A stretch of 64,000 nt of DNA from the NCBI GenBank assembly GCA_965178125.1, contig OZ237770.1, positions 372,001-436,000 of the forward strand, in the 5' to 3' direction. This stretch comes from Bilabrum cf. latius. Lineage: Eukaryota. Positions within the stretch are counted from its first letter, which is position 1, and the number at the start of each line of letters is the position of its first letter. Of this stretch, positions 26,301 through 39,473 are shown piece by piece. Below the pieces are notes generated by a model. That model was not told the DNA's origin and made no database searches. It was given only the letters and a program-made list of their open reading frames with translations. The translations under genes were made by a program, and so were the position numbers.

Positions 26301-29300
26301 TGGACAGCACCGGATCCAGTTGATTCCTGCTGCATTCGCTGCTGTTCTTGTTCCCGCGTGTGTCCTTCCTCTTTTTGTTCTGTCGATGGGGCGCTGCTGC
26401 CACCACTAGACTCCTCGGTCCCCCCAAACACCGCTTGCAGCAAATCGACCGCGTCCCGCTTGCCGCCCGTGCATCGCACTGCAGCAGCGGGATCGTCCCG
26501 AAGCACTGCTCGGAGCATGTCCAAGCAAGCCAAAGTGGGGTCATCTGCAGGAGCCTCAGAAGGACCAGGCTCGCCATTGCGCTGCAGTGCACTGCGGACT
26601 GCAACGAACGCCCACGCCACCACATCGTCTAAATGTTTCGATTGCAGCTGAGAGTCCACATTCGGCCCGTCAGCAAGCGCGGCATGAAGCTCCAGCGGGG
26701 CAAGCCCCACGATACCGCTGACCGACTCACTGCCCTGCATGTCAGGGGGACCTTCACTCTCCGAGAGCGCCCCTGCCAGCACAAGAACGCCCCTGCCCTC
26801 GCCCGCATCCCCGCTGGTATCGTCCTGAGTAAGTCGCCTCCCCAGCGAACCCAGCGCGCGGCTGCTGCCGGGAATGCCGCCTGGGTTACCGCTAGTTGCC
26901 CCCATGGCGCTCTGGGGGGTGCCGGGGCCAGCGGGGAGGACTGACCCCGATCCACCGATGGATCGGCTTGAACTGTGCCTGCGAAGTGACCCCGTCGTCC
27001 CGTGACTCGTCTACCCGCGCGTAATGGCACCACCGTGCGATGCACCGTAGCCTTCCCCCGCCCCCTGCCGCATCAGCCCAGGCACTGCCGCTCTCAGCAC
27101 AGCCGCTCTATCTCCTGCTAGATCGCCCAACAACAGCGCAGCGCCGGCACCACCACTCCCTGTATGTTGCTGCTGTTGCTGCTCTCTCAAGGCCTCCCAT
27201 GCCCCCGCCTGCCTCTGCACCAGTGCCCTCCACTGAAGCAGAGACTGGTCCAAGGCGAGGTCCGGCACCAGCGGAACATGCGGAGGAAGAGCCCCGGCGC
27301 CGCGCACCCAAGCCTCCTTGGACGGATCCCGACCCCTCCAGCGGAGCTTCATGGAAGAGGGTCCACCGGTGGATCGCGACCCAGACCCAGACCCAGACCC
27401 AGACCCAGACCCGCTGCTGGTGCCGGATGCTGGCGTGACTCGACCACCAACCGCCCCGCTGCCGCCATCATTCGAAGCATCCCCAGTTCCTTCGCGAAGC
27501 GATTGCTTCAAATCCTCTGCCTCCACTTGCGATTGCTTCCCCTCATCCTCGTCCTCCTCATCATCTGACTCGATGAGCACGAGACCCCCAAGTGCAGGGG
27601 AAGGGCTCCTGCCCCCCTCCTGCCCTCGTCCTCCCTGCTGCCCCATCGTGTCGATTGAGCTGCGGGGCCTCCCACCCCCCGTTGAAATGGCAATCCCGCC
27701 GCTGGGTGTCGAGCCGATGCCCTCCATACGCTTGCTGCCAGGCGCTCCGCCACCACCCGCCACATCGGCTGCTTCCGCGGCAGCCACCAGTGCAGCGGAG
27801 CTGTAGGCCAGCTGAAGCCGCTGCAGTGGGATCAGCACACCAAGCCTGCGCCAGCATCGAGCCACAGCTGCGACCTCACCGTGGCTTCGACCAGTCCCAG
27901 CCTGGCCGCTCCAATACCCCCCTGCTGCTTCGATGCAAGCCTGTGACAGCCTCACGGCCATCCGAAGTACGCTCCCATCCTCAGGTCCCCCGCCGCCGGG
28001 CAATCTCGACCCAAGCACGAGCATTAGCACCCTTTCTTTCGGTGAGTAGCCCTCTAGTCGATTGGAAGCATCAGATCCACTGCGATCAGTCGGTGGCCAA
28101 CCGGACTCGAACCCGGGATCCAGCACCACATCGTCCCACACCGCCATCATCGTCGAGCTGACGTGCCAGCCCAGGGATCGCAGCGATGATTGACCAAGCA
28201 GCTGACTACCGGTGGACGTGTCATTGCCGTGCAATGCGGCCGATGAGACCCCTCCACCGGTGGACACGTTGGCGTGGAACCCTTCCACTGGGTCAGTTGA
28301 TGCCCTGGCTCTGGTACCGGGATGGGTCTGGGCCGAGGGATCGTTTTCCTCAGGCGAATGCGCACCATCCTGTTCCTGTTCCTGCGCATCATCTTGTCCA
28401 TCGGGATTGCTGCTGGTTTGCTTCATGCTGCTGCCTTCGTTGCTGCCATTGCCAGGCTCTGAGTCTCGCTGGCCAGCTGCATGAAGCAAACCAGCTGCCT
28501 GGTCCAGCCCTCGCCCATCCAGCCCGGCGGGGATGGACTGAGACCCTCGGAGCCCTCCCCGGGCTTCTTGTGTGACGAGTTCATGCGGTGTGACGAGTGC
28601 GCCAGTAGGCACGGGAGCAGTTGCGTCTGTGACCGAGTCGCCCTGCAGTGCGATGCACTTGCCCTCCCTCACGCCCTTCGCATCGAGTCCTAGGAGAGGG
28701 CACGAGAGCGCATCCTCGTGTACACCACCCCTCGCTCCACCGCTCAATGGCAACGAAGCCGTGCCATGCGCCATTGCAACCATCCCAGCCTCGTACGCCA
28801 TCTGGATGCACCTCCTCGCGTAGTCAAGCCGCACCCACGCCAGTGCCCTCTCCTCCCCCTCCCCCTCCTACTGCCCCCACAGGTCCCCCGTGCCGCTCCC
28901 CGCCCCAAGGTGGAACAGCCCGCCAGCCAGCGAGAGGCCGGAGCCCGCCGGTTTGCCCACCCCGGCCGTGCCTCCCGCCATGGCTGACTCGACGGCTTTG
29001 CTCAGGAGACCCAGGGAGGCGCGAGCGGCGCCGCGCACCGCGTGAATATGTTCCGCAATTACCTCCAGCACGGCGCGAACCACGTGCACCACCGGCGGCG
29101 GCGAGTTCTGTTCGTCTGCAGCGCACTGCACTGCATATACGGGTATCCTCTGCGCCGCGATCCACCGCATGATGGCGTGCAGTCCCCTCCAACCGCCCTG
29201 CCTGTCCTGCGAGCCCTCGAGCAGCGAGGTCAGCGCTGCAACTAGGTCTCGCTCGGGGTCACTTTCCGATCCACCGGTGGATTGGTTCGAGGGTCCGGGG

Positions 29301-32300
29301 CCCGGTCCGAGAGCAATCACCGCCGCGTCCAGAATGCTGTCTATCCACACAGGCTCGTCACACCCTCCGCTTGCCCCACCCCGCAGAGCTCCCATTAGAT
29401 CTAGCCCGGACCCGGACCCGTGTCTAGATCCAGACGCGGCGCCTCCCTGCTCCCGCAGCATCGTCCTTAGCTTGCGCAAGCCATCGCATGCTTCCCGCTT
29501 GCTTGACGAGCAGCCAATAGTTGCAAGCCACAGCCGGAATGCAGAGGCAGAGGGCAACGGGAGTCTGAGAGCTGGGGCTCTGGCTCGGGGGGAGTGCGGG
29601 CCGGGAGATTGTGGAGCTGGCCCGGAGCTGGGGGGAGGGAGGGAGGCCTAGGCCGGCGGGGATGGCGTGGTGCAAGCACCACCGTGCGATGCATCTTCAG
29701 CCCGCACCCCAACCCTAGCGTATGGACCGCAAAGTCGTGCGATGCGGGTCACCACAGGGCCGGTTGCAACCACCCTGTCTCGCAGCCTCTGCGCCGCCTA
29801 CGATGTCGTGGCTTCTTCATCACCAGTTCGACTCGGAGGTGCATCTGTGCCTGCACTCGTCATACTTGATGACGTGCGATGTGCAGCCATTGCACGCAGC
29901 AGCAGAACGTGGGCCGCACTCGTCACAAGGTCCCTCGTGCCCGCACATGCCGCCAGGACGTCCATCTCCGGGTCCTCGGTCTTGCTCAGATCCAGCAGCG
30001 TGTTCCCTACCACACTCGTCACACATCCGCACGCCGCAAGGCACTGCATGACCGCCCTTGCATGCAGCCAGCACCCGCCTATTGCCATCAACCGGGACCA
30101 GCTCGCCGATCCGCCCCACCACGAGCCCGCCGCCACGCCCCCAACGGTGTAGCCCAGGGCCACGGCTCGCTGCGATACGGGCCCGTCGCCGCCGTCCTCA
30201 CTCGTCACACCAGAGAGAACAGCCATTAGGGGCGAAGTGCCCTCCTGAGAGCACATCCCAGCAGCCAGCCAACCGCCATGCAGTGCACCCATTTGGTGCC
30301 TCCTACCGCGCGCTGAAACCAGCCACGGCGCCGAATCAAGCACGCGCCAAGCAGCCGCGGTTGCAACCGGGCCTTCTCCACGTGAGTCAGACTCCCCAAC
30401 CCTGCTGGAGTGAGCACCCGGGCCCTGCCCCCATCGAGACCTGCCCCCCCCGACCCCACTCGGGGGTCCAGGGGAGCGCGGGGGGGTGGTGTATCCCGCG
30501 AAGGAAGCAGACCTCAGCCGGCTGTGTTCTCTCCACACGGGCCCTCCATCGCTGCCTCTTTGGCCACCACGCATCAACGGCGGCTGAGGACTCACGGGAC
30601 TCTGCAAGCTGACCCCTCCTGTTCCCATTCCCGCCCCCGCCCCCGCGCCTGCACCTGGACCTGCACCTGCACCTGCCGATGCCGTGGCGCGAACCGCAGC
30701 GGCTGATCCCAGCAGAGGTCCAATGATGGCTCTGCTGAGACTGTTCGGCTGCACACGGCCCGAGCCCGGTTTTGACTCCGGATCCCCCTCGCTTTGATGT
30801 GCTACCAACTCTGCGGCCCCATCCGTCTTGAATCGCCCCCGAGGTTGCAACCGCGCCACGGCCTCCTCGTCGGTCATCGAAGCGACGGCCGCCCTGGAGG
30901 CCTGAGCCAGAGCCTGCAGCGCACTCGTCACACCGCTCTCCGTGGCTTCCCTCAGTCCTCGGGCCGCTGCGGCTGCCAGCGGGCTTTTCACCTCCAGCAC
31001 TTCTGGCTCCGATCGATGCCCCCTAGATGCCTCACCCCCAGCACGAGGCCTGGTCCCACTGCCCCCCATCGGCACCCTCAAGGCCCCCTCTTTCACCATG
31101 CGGGACAGCTCCCACCTGCAGCCAGCGAGCAGCATAGGGGTGCTCCACCGCTGCAGCCAGCCCACGAACGCGCCGTGCGAGTCACCCACGAGGCGGGAGG
31201 AATGCGCGGCGCCCCCATAGGTTCCACTTCCCGCGGAAGACCCGCTCTCGGCCCGCTCCCTGGCGCTGGACGCTGCGACCACCCGTGAGGCATCTCCCGC
31301 CGGCTCATCCGATCGGAGCCCAGCCTCACCCATGGCGGCACTGGCAGCGGGGAACAGCGCAGCAGCAGCAGCCGGGGCGGCCACCGGGTGCGACGGCGCT
31401 GCAGCCGCTGCCACGTCCAGGGCCCGGAGGAGGGTCCCTCGCCAGGGCTGGACCAGGCGGCTGGCGGGGCCTGCACTCGTCACACCTTCATCAGGCGCGT
31501 GCAGTGAGGAGTCAGATAGACGGCTCCGGATCCATGCAGTCGATGCCGCCCCGGCCGAGGCGCCGCGCGCAAGTTCCGCAGCCTCCATCGCCCCCGGCAC
31601 GCCGCTCGACACTCGGGGGCGGTTCTCCCCACTAGGGGACGTGCTCACCCCGCCACCGGACGGAAGTTCCGCAACGGCGCGCGGCGCCAGCCCCGGCAAC
31701 TTGCATGCGCCTCCCTCCGCCTGGTACCCCAGAAGCAGCGCCATCATGCGATGCACCTGCGACCGCACCAGGGCAGCAGCTGTCGACTCCAGAGGAACCG
31801 GGAGCAGGCGCGTCCAGTGGCCCGTTTCCGAGGACGTCTCCGGGAAATGTCCCCTGCTGGGGGCAGGTGTCGTGCCGTCGGATCGCGCGGCTGGATCTCT
31901 GCCCCCGACTGCAGGTGCATCGCACGACGGTGCTGGCGCTTCGGCCACTCTCAGAATGACAGCAAGAGACGTGCACAGATGCGCCATGGACGCGCGTGCA
32001 TCGCACTGCGCCGCTGCAGACCCCTCCTGGCTCCATGACCCGGAGCCGGATATGCCTCCTGGCGATGCTGCTGCCTCCATACCCAGCCCCAGCACGCAGT
32101 CCGCGGTTGCAACCTCGGGCCAAACCTGCCGGATCGGATCCGGCCGCGGGTCGATGCACAGGGCCGGGCCGGTGACGGCACCACCAGCGCCCTGCGTCGC
32201 ATCCGCGCCTTGATCCGCTGAGGGTTGACCCATGGGCCCGAAAGCGCCCGCCCACGCTCTCCCGGACTCGCCTCCTCCCCGCCCCTGCCCCTGCCCCTGG

Positions 32301-33808
32301 CCTTCAGTGCCCTGCATCAAAGCGGGCATTGAGGCTCCCATCCACCCTGGCGCGCACCCGAGAGCAACGCTCCCCTGGGAGGAAGGCAACGGTCCCTATG
32401 ACGAGGACTGCCTCGCCGTGACCGCACTCGTCACACTGGAATGCAACCGCGACGAAGCAACCGCCGCACCGCTTCCAGAAGGACCTACACTCCCCATCGG
32501 GCCCAGCCCCAGCATGCCCCGATCGGCTGTTTCCCTCCCCCTCCGGCGGTTGACCTGGTCACCTGCACCCGAAGGGTCCGAGGACAGGGGCAGCCGTGCT
32601 CCGATAGGATCGATGCCCCAGTCGATCGGGCCGAGACTGGCGGCTTCGTCAGGTGCATCGCCTTGCAGCGCATCCGCGATGCACCGCGCGACCGAGCCGC
32701 TGACCGACCTGCCTCCCGCACCGCCGCCCCCCTGCTGCTCCTGCTCCTCGATCGATTGAAGCATGGCAACCGAAGGTGACCTGAATCCAATGAGGGCGCA
32801 CGCACCTGCAAGCACCAGCCACAGAGTCTCTTCCAAGCGTGCCCTCGCGCGCACAATGGACGCGTGCACCGCAGTGCCGTGCCCCCCGCCCTCGCCCCCT
32901 CCCCGAATGGCACCCCACACGTCAGCCTTCCACTGCCTCCAGACTGCGCCCATCCCTGCATCCAGCCAACCTTCCAGCCCGCCCACGGCCCGCGACCACA
33001 GCCAGGGAACACGAGCCACGCTACCCACTAGCTGCACCATCCACTCCCGATGGGGTCCCGCGCTGGGGATGAAGCCCGCTGACCTGAGCGGCTCAAGCCC
33101 GACCCATCGAAGCATCGGGGCCCAGCCGATCCCGGCTCCGAATCCGCCGCCCCCTACTCGAAGCAGCGAAGTGGGGGCCCCAGGCAGCACCACCCAGGAA
33201 TCGTCCGCCCCGTGTGCTCGCAAAGCCCCGGCATCCCCCGCACCTCTATCTCCGCTGCTACTCAACACAGGGCTGGACACGCCACCCGAGTGCGAGTGCC
33301 AACCAGAGCCTTGTCGCCGAATTGCACCGTCCCAGGGGAAATCTGCCGGCGGGCGCATCGCCTGTAGTGCACTGCAGATGGCCTCCCCCGCTGCTTTGCC
33401 CACCCCCTCCCGGATCCTCCTCCTTATGCCCAAGCCTACGATCTCCCACGCGTGTGCACGTGCAACTTCCCTGGCGCCTTCCGCGCTTCCACTGGAGGCC
33501 TGGGCCAGCAGATCCAGAGCCAGCGCGACCAGGCCCGGCTTTCCATTGCCGGGGAGCGGGCCCAATCCCTGGTGCAGCGCACTGCCGTTCCCCGCATCGT
33601 CCTCGCTGCTCCCCTTCCCCTCCTCAAATTCGACCGCAGCAAGCACGACAGGGACGAGACAGCCGCCCACACCCCCCGCAGCCTTCACCGCCCCCATCGC
33701 GTCCCCGCAAGGGAGGCCCCCCGCACCCTGCGCGCACCCGGTTGCAACCGATGCGTGACCCCTCGGCACGAACGGCCCCATGCCCATGCCCATGCCCATC
33801 CCCATCCC

Positions 33809-33841
<33 letters not shown>

Positions 33842-36800
33842 CCCCATGCCCATGCCCATCCCCATGCCTACCTGCTTCTGACCCGCCTCGCGACTGTTCT
33901 CCAAGCCGGCACGCAGCACACCTGCCGCGGTAGACACCCAGGAGGGGTCCCGAACACTCGTCACACCCTACTCATCGGACTGCTCCGGGTCAGCGGGTGC
34001 CCCAACCCGCCGTGCCGTGCTGAGAGCCAGCACCGTCCCACAGGCAAACACGTCAGCGGCAGCCGGGTACCCCCCGCAGCTGCCCAGTCCCTCCGTTGTC
34101 GTGGCCTTGCCCCCCCCATTGCCCATGAGAGCGAGCGTGGAAGCAGCGTGGGCGCGGGCTGCGGTGCTGGGCCTGGACCCGTCGATGAATGCCTCAACCG
34201 ATCGGAGCGCGTGGCCCCGGGACAGGACCACCGTCGAGCACTCGTCACTCATCGATCCACCGGTGGATGGTCCCCCGCCCGATAGGGGGGGCGTGTCCAC
34301 CCCCCCGCCACCCTCCCCTCGGCCTGCCTCTACCCCCCCCGACTATGTCTTCTTCTCCTCCTCTTCCCGCTGCAGCCCTTGCGCCACATCGCCCTCCCCC
34401 ACGGAGGCCCAGACAGCGCTCATGCCAGACGATGGCCCCCCTGGCATGCCGGTGCCCTTGCCCTACCGCCAGCACGCACGGAGCGACTGCAGCGCACTGC
34501 GGCCCGAGGCCGACACCGCTGCTGCATCACTTGGATTACCAGCACCACGCCCACCAGCGCGCTCGCCACACCACTCCGCCGGGACACAGCGCAGCACGCC
34601 TCCCGTGCCGCTGCCGCTGGAGCCCCCGGCAGCCTGAGGCGCAGCCGCGCTGGATGCACGCAGGGCCAATCCACCGGTGGATCCAGACCCCGCCCCCAGG
34701 TCCCTAAGAGTCTGCAGCTCGTCTGCATCAAAGTGACTCCCGCGGATCTCGAGGGCGCCAATTGACCCCCGCAGCCCCGGCCCCACGAGCGCCGCAGTTG
34801 CGACCAAGTCCGCCGGGAGGGCGAGGGCGGCCGCGGCTGCGGCTGGGCTGTCGCTGCGGGTGCACTGCACTGCCCATTCCCGCGCGCGATACATTCCATC
34901 CGTACTAGCAGTAGTTGTACCAGTGCTTGACGCAGTGCTGGTGTCACCAGTTGCGCGCCCGACCGGAAGCGTGGGAGGCTGCACCCCCCCCTTATCGCTA
35001 TTGGGAGCCTGGACCTGCTTTCCCTCTCCCGTGCCCTAGCGCGCATCACTAGCCACGAAATCAAAGTCCATGGGATGCGCAAGCACCTGGCCGCTCGGCA
35101 GCTGCACCTGTGCCAGGGAACAAGCCACACGAGGATCCACTGGTCCCTCTGGCTCAAGCGCATCGGCAGGGGACTGCACACCCCCGGCCTCCACACCGTC
35201 CACCAGCACACGCAATCCGGAGCCGAATACCGTCGGGGCCCATTCCATCTGCAGAAAGCACCAGCGGCCCGCAACCAGACCCGGAGCCAAAAAAGCGGCG
35301 TGGGTCTCTCCGGGACACCCGCAGTGGCCGGGCCCACGCACGGCGCAGGCGTAGTCCTGCAGGGAACAAGGGTCGAATCCACCGGTGGATGCAGCACCCA
35401 TCCCGCTCATATCCCCTCCCATGGCACCCCGCGGCGTTCGTAGTGCAGCGCACTGCTGCGCAGTAAGCTCGCAGCCGCATCCAGTTGCCCCTGACCCCGC
35501 CCCTGCCCGACTCCCACCGTCCTCGGGCAGCTCGTCAGCCGCGAGAGCCGCCCGAGCAGCTGCTCCCGCCACGTCAGGAGGCAGGTCACTCGGGGGGGTC
35601 AGACCGACCAACACTCTCCGCTGCCTGACCCACACCGACACCATGTGACCGGTCGCCGATCGGAGCTGGATGAGGCATCGCCGCCGCTGGGGCCTCAGCG
35701 CCGGCGACTCCCCCTGCACCCCCGCCGCTGCTGCACTCGTCACACTAACTCCCACGGGCCCATCGAGCCGCACCCACGCCGCCAGGTGCAGCCCCTTGCG
35801 GAAATCCAGGCGGGGCCCCGCGCCCACCCGCCGGAATGCGTCCTCGTTCTCGTTCTCGTCCTCTTCCGTGGCTCCGCTCGCCGCGCTGGATCCTCCGGTG
35901 GATCGGGTCGACCCCTGCCTAGACACAACTCCCCCTCCCCCCCCTCCACCCACGGTGCTCAGGCTCCTCACCACGGCTGCATCTCCTGCCCCGGCGCTGC
36001 TGGCGATCGCGTCTCGGTTCCGCAGGGCTGCGCGCGGCGCCTCCCCCAGCAACCAGCGTGTGGCCGCCAATGCTTCCGTTCTCGACCCAGCAGCGATGGG
36101 TCCCGCGCTGTCCGCACCCCCATGCAGTGCACCCCACGAGCGTGCGGCAAACGGCGACAGCCCGTGCCTCCACCCGAACCGGGGGTCGGTGCTCGCACTC
36201 GTCACACCTGCCGGTGGCCTCGCTAGGTGTCCAGCCCACTGCACGCAGTCCCAGGGGCCAGGCAGTGCCAGGACGGAGGCCGGGCCGGGCGGGCCTGGGG
36301 CTGCCCCGTGATGGTGGCCCTGAGTGTGGCTCCCCTCCCACCAGTTGCATTGGTGTGTCACCATGGCGGTGTGCGACGATGGCGATGAGTTGGCGAATCT
36401 ACTGTGCGAGTCACCACGTGATGACGTTTCCCAAGCAGTGGCGCCCCCGAGACCGATTCTCGCCGCTTCCAGCACGGAAGCGAGCAGCAGGGGCTCCGCG
36501 AGCGGATGGGCAGCGGCTCGCTTCAGGCGGCTGATCAGGACACGCCTCGGCCGAGCACGGCCCATTCCTAAGTCGGCTGGCTACGATGTATCACTATCTA
36601 TTCTATGGATCTGCGAGCAAATCTCTCTACGCATGACGGCGCCCGAGAGGGATGGTCCAATCGAATTCGAAGCGCCCAGAAGCCCCTCAAGCCACCCATT
36701 TCTGCAGGCTCCACACCTTGCGGCGATGCCAATAGTAAGTATGATATGACTACAGTACTTGACTACATTGCTGGTCTTGTCACTATCTAGATGCAGATTC

Positions 36801-37246
36801 TGTAGCCCAGATGGATCGCCGGCGGCACTTGGCGATGTGTCTTCAAAGGCCAACTGCTCCTGCCCAATGCTTCGAAGACACCTCACGCCTCCACGCAACT
36901 CTATCCAAAGTACATCCAAGATGGTCGTGGCTGCTACAGCCTCAGCATGTCCAGCCCGGAGGGCCGCTGTCGGTTCTGCAGTACTACGGACGGGTGACTG
37001 CAACCGTGCAGCGATGGACCCAGTATCAGCTGAGATAGTGCCCTTGCTATGCGGTCCATCGTGATCAGTAGTGATATTATGGCTGTCTTCGGTCGAAATG
37101 AGGTGCTTCTGCTTCGCGTTCGGCGGACGAATCGGTAGCCGAAACACTCGCTGCGCCACGGATCCGGCCAGCGTGCTCGACCTGTACTGCAGGCCGCGAA
37201 TCTGCTCAATCCTTTCATGAAGATCAGTCATATTGAATTCACTCAT
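14381..37246 (-). CDS. Giant BEACH-domain protein (ConA-like, PH-BEACH, BEACH, WD40; neurobeachin/LRBA/LYST superfamily), ~7621 aa in one frame with at least 23 in-frame TAG
   Basis: All major minus ORFs from 14381 to 36581 share one frame, and all end at TAG except 14381 (TGA). BEACH motifs: LAGRTRVDLAQFPVFPW, YRNLRVPMGALN, PPFLYGSHYS, FYLLRQEPF, GRFDCPDRVF, DVKELVP, WMDLVFGHKQQG, NVFHHLTY, YGQTPQLVF. PH-like segment RRWPLSALRRVNRRRFMLSQTAVEL. WD40-like C-terminus. ATG in GCCATG context at 37246. Confidence 0.88.
33777..33868 (-). repeat. Hexanucleotide microsatellite encoding a (GM)n run in the BEACH protein
   Basis: (CCCATG/CCCATC)n tract; GMGMGM... in ORF 32396..33964. Confidence 0.9.
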
Positions 37247-37427
37247 GGCGCAGCTTGCTAGCCGCGCAGACTGAGAAACGCCCGCGTCCGTCGGAGAAAC
37301 CAGATTTTGCGGAGCGAGGCCAGGTTCCGCTGCAGTGGTTCCCGCTGAGGTTCCATGACCACAAGCATGCCAAGGATGATCGAACGTGCGTTTTGATCCG
37401 GGAAACGATAAATCATCGTGCTTAACT

Positions 37428-39354
37428 TCACACCACGGTCAGCACCTTGAGCAGGTTGGTGCTTCCCGGCTTGTTTTCGAGCTGCCCGTGCACCGCCACC
37501 ACAGTGTCCTCAGTGTCCACCCATCCCCAGTCCTTCATCTAGTGCACCGCGCGAGTGAGCAGAGTCTCCGTCCCCAGCATGCTGCCCGTGTTGATCGCCC
37601 GCACGCCCCTCAGCAAGCCCTGGCACATCCTCGCCACGTCATCCGAAGCGGTCAGCACCAGCACCGGCTGCTCGGGCCTGTACTTGGCGATCAGCCTCGC
37701 GGTGCCTCCCGTCTCGGAGCACACGATGATCCCCTGCGCCTTCATGTCGTAGGCGGTCTTCACGGCAGAAGAGGCGATCGCCTCCGCCACGCCCAGACCC
37801 CCAGCGGCCTTGGAAGCCCCACCCGCACCCGCACCAGAGGAAGCGCCCCCTGCCGCGGCCTCTCCCGCACCAGCGGATGCATCTGGCCCCAGGCCGTTGG
37901 CCTTGAGCACAGTGGCCCTCATGCTCAGGTAGAGCGAGTTGTAGTCGATGATCGCCTCGCCTTCCCTGCAGATGCGGGCCATGATGTCCACCGCGTTCAA
38001 AGGATACTTGCCGCCGGCCGTCTCACCGGACAGCATCACGCAGTCAGAGCCGTCGAGCACAGCATTCGCGACATCGGATGCCTCCGCCCGAGTGGGCCTC
38101 GGGTTGGACACCATGCTCTCCAGCATCTGGGTGGCGGTGATGACGGGCTTACCCGCCACGTTGCACTTCCTGATCATCATCTTCTGGGCGAGGAAGACCT
38201 TCTGGGGGGGGATCTCCATGCCCAGGTCCCCCCTGGCCACCATGATACCATCCGCCTTGGCCAGGATCTCGTCGAAATTGTGGAGCCCCTCCTGGTTCTC
38301 GATCTTGGCGATGATGCGGATGCGGCGCCCCGCGGGGCCCAGCACGCGCCTGATGACGTCGATGTCCGTCCCCTTGCGCACGAAGGAGGCCGCGATCATG
38401 TCCACCCGATGGGGCACGCCGAAGTTGATGAGGTCATCCTCGTCCTTCTCCGTGATCGTCGGCAGGTCAACGACCACACCGGGGAGGTTCATGTTCTTCC
38501 GCTCGCCCAGCTTGTACCCGTTCATTGCCTTCGCCTTCACCCCGTCCTCCAGGCACTCTGTCACCTGCACCACCAGGTTGCCGTCGGCGATGAGGATCGT
38601 CTGCCCCGGCTTAACGCTCGTTGGGAGAGCCTTGTACGAGCACGCGAACTTGGCCGCGCTGCCCTTGAAGGAGTAATCCGTGGTGATTTCCAGGTCCTGG
38701 CCAGCCACGATCTCCACGGGGCCACCCCCCTCGAGGAAACCCGTGCGGATCTCGGGCCCTTTGGTGTCCAGCATGATGGCCACGTTGCTGCCGGGGCGCG
38801 CTGCCTCTGCCTTGCGGATGGCCTCGAGTGTCTTTCCGTGCCTATCGTGATCTCCATGAGAGAAGTTCAGTCGGGCAACGTTCATGCCGCGGTCGATCAT
38901 GGCCACGAGCGTCTCCACCTCCCACGACGAAGGACCGATCGTGCACACGATCTTGCTCTTCCGCTCCTTTGCCTTCGCCGGCTCCAGGATATCATCCAAA
39001 CTGCATAGTATGACGCAGAAAGGTTAGTGTGATCGGAGAGAGTGGAGAAAGCGAGGTGCTAGAGCCGGCCGAACGCCACCCAGGAACAATTGCTTGAGTG
39101 CTTGGGCAGTTCCGGCACCGACAGGTATTCCAGCGCAGTTTTCCAGGGAATCTGATGGCGAAATAATATCAAATGGGTGCGAATTGTATTGCTCGGTACT
39201 GTCGGAGCGATAGAGAAGCTCAGTACCCCGAGCGCTGGGGTTGCTGTGGCGCGTCACTTTCGCACAGGACGGCCCAGTCTTCGCATTTTCGGCGCGATAA
39301 CACATGCAATTCACCTCCATCTCACCCAATATGTCTATACGTGGTAACCGCCAT
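37428..39354 (-). CDS. PYK: Pyruvate kinase, ~533 aa; exons 39354-39326 and 39000-37428; one in-frame TAG at 37539
   Basis: Motifs KIVCTIGP, RLNFSHG, DTKGPEIRTG, IIAKIENQEG, MVARGDLGMEIP, ATQMLESM, PTRAEASDVANAVLDG and MLSGETA. After the TAG the conserved tail MKDWGWVDTEDTVVAVHGQLENKPGSTNLLKVLTVV ends in TGA. Intron GTGAGA..ATGCAG has a CTAAC branch point near 39023-39027 and gives MAVTTYRHIGLDDILEP. Confidence 0.95.
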
Positions 39355-39473
39355 GGTGTAGTACTGGCAGTAGTCGTTTCAGGGCTGAGATGCAGCCGGA
39401 GACATGGATCCAAATCAATTGGTGTAAATGCACGCAACATACAAAAAATAAGAATTTCACAGCCTCCCCTGTT

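Noticed and set aside
37386-39008. 540-aa plus-strand ORF, and the many other long antisense or shifted ORFs in the track
   Set aside because: It is an antisense shadow of pyruvate kinase caused by high GC3 codon bias and has no domain features.
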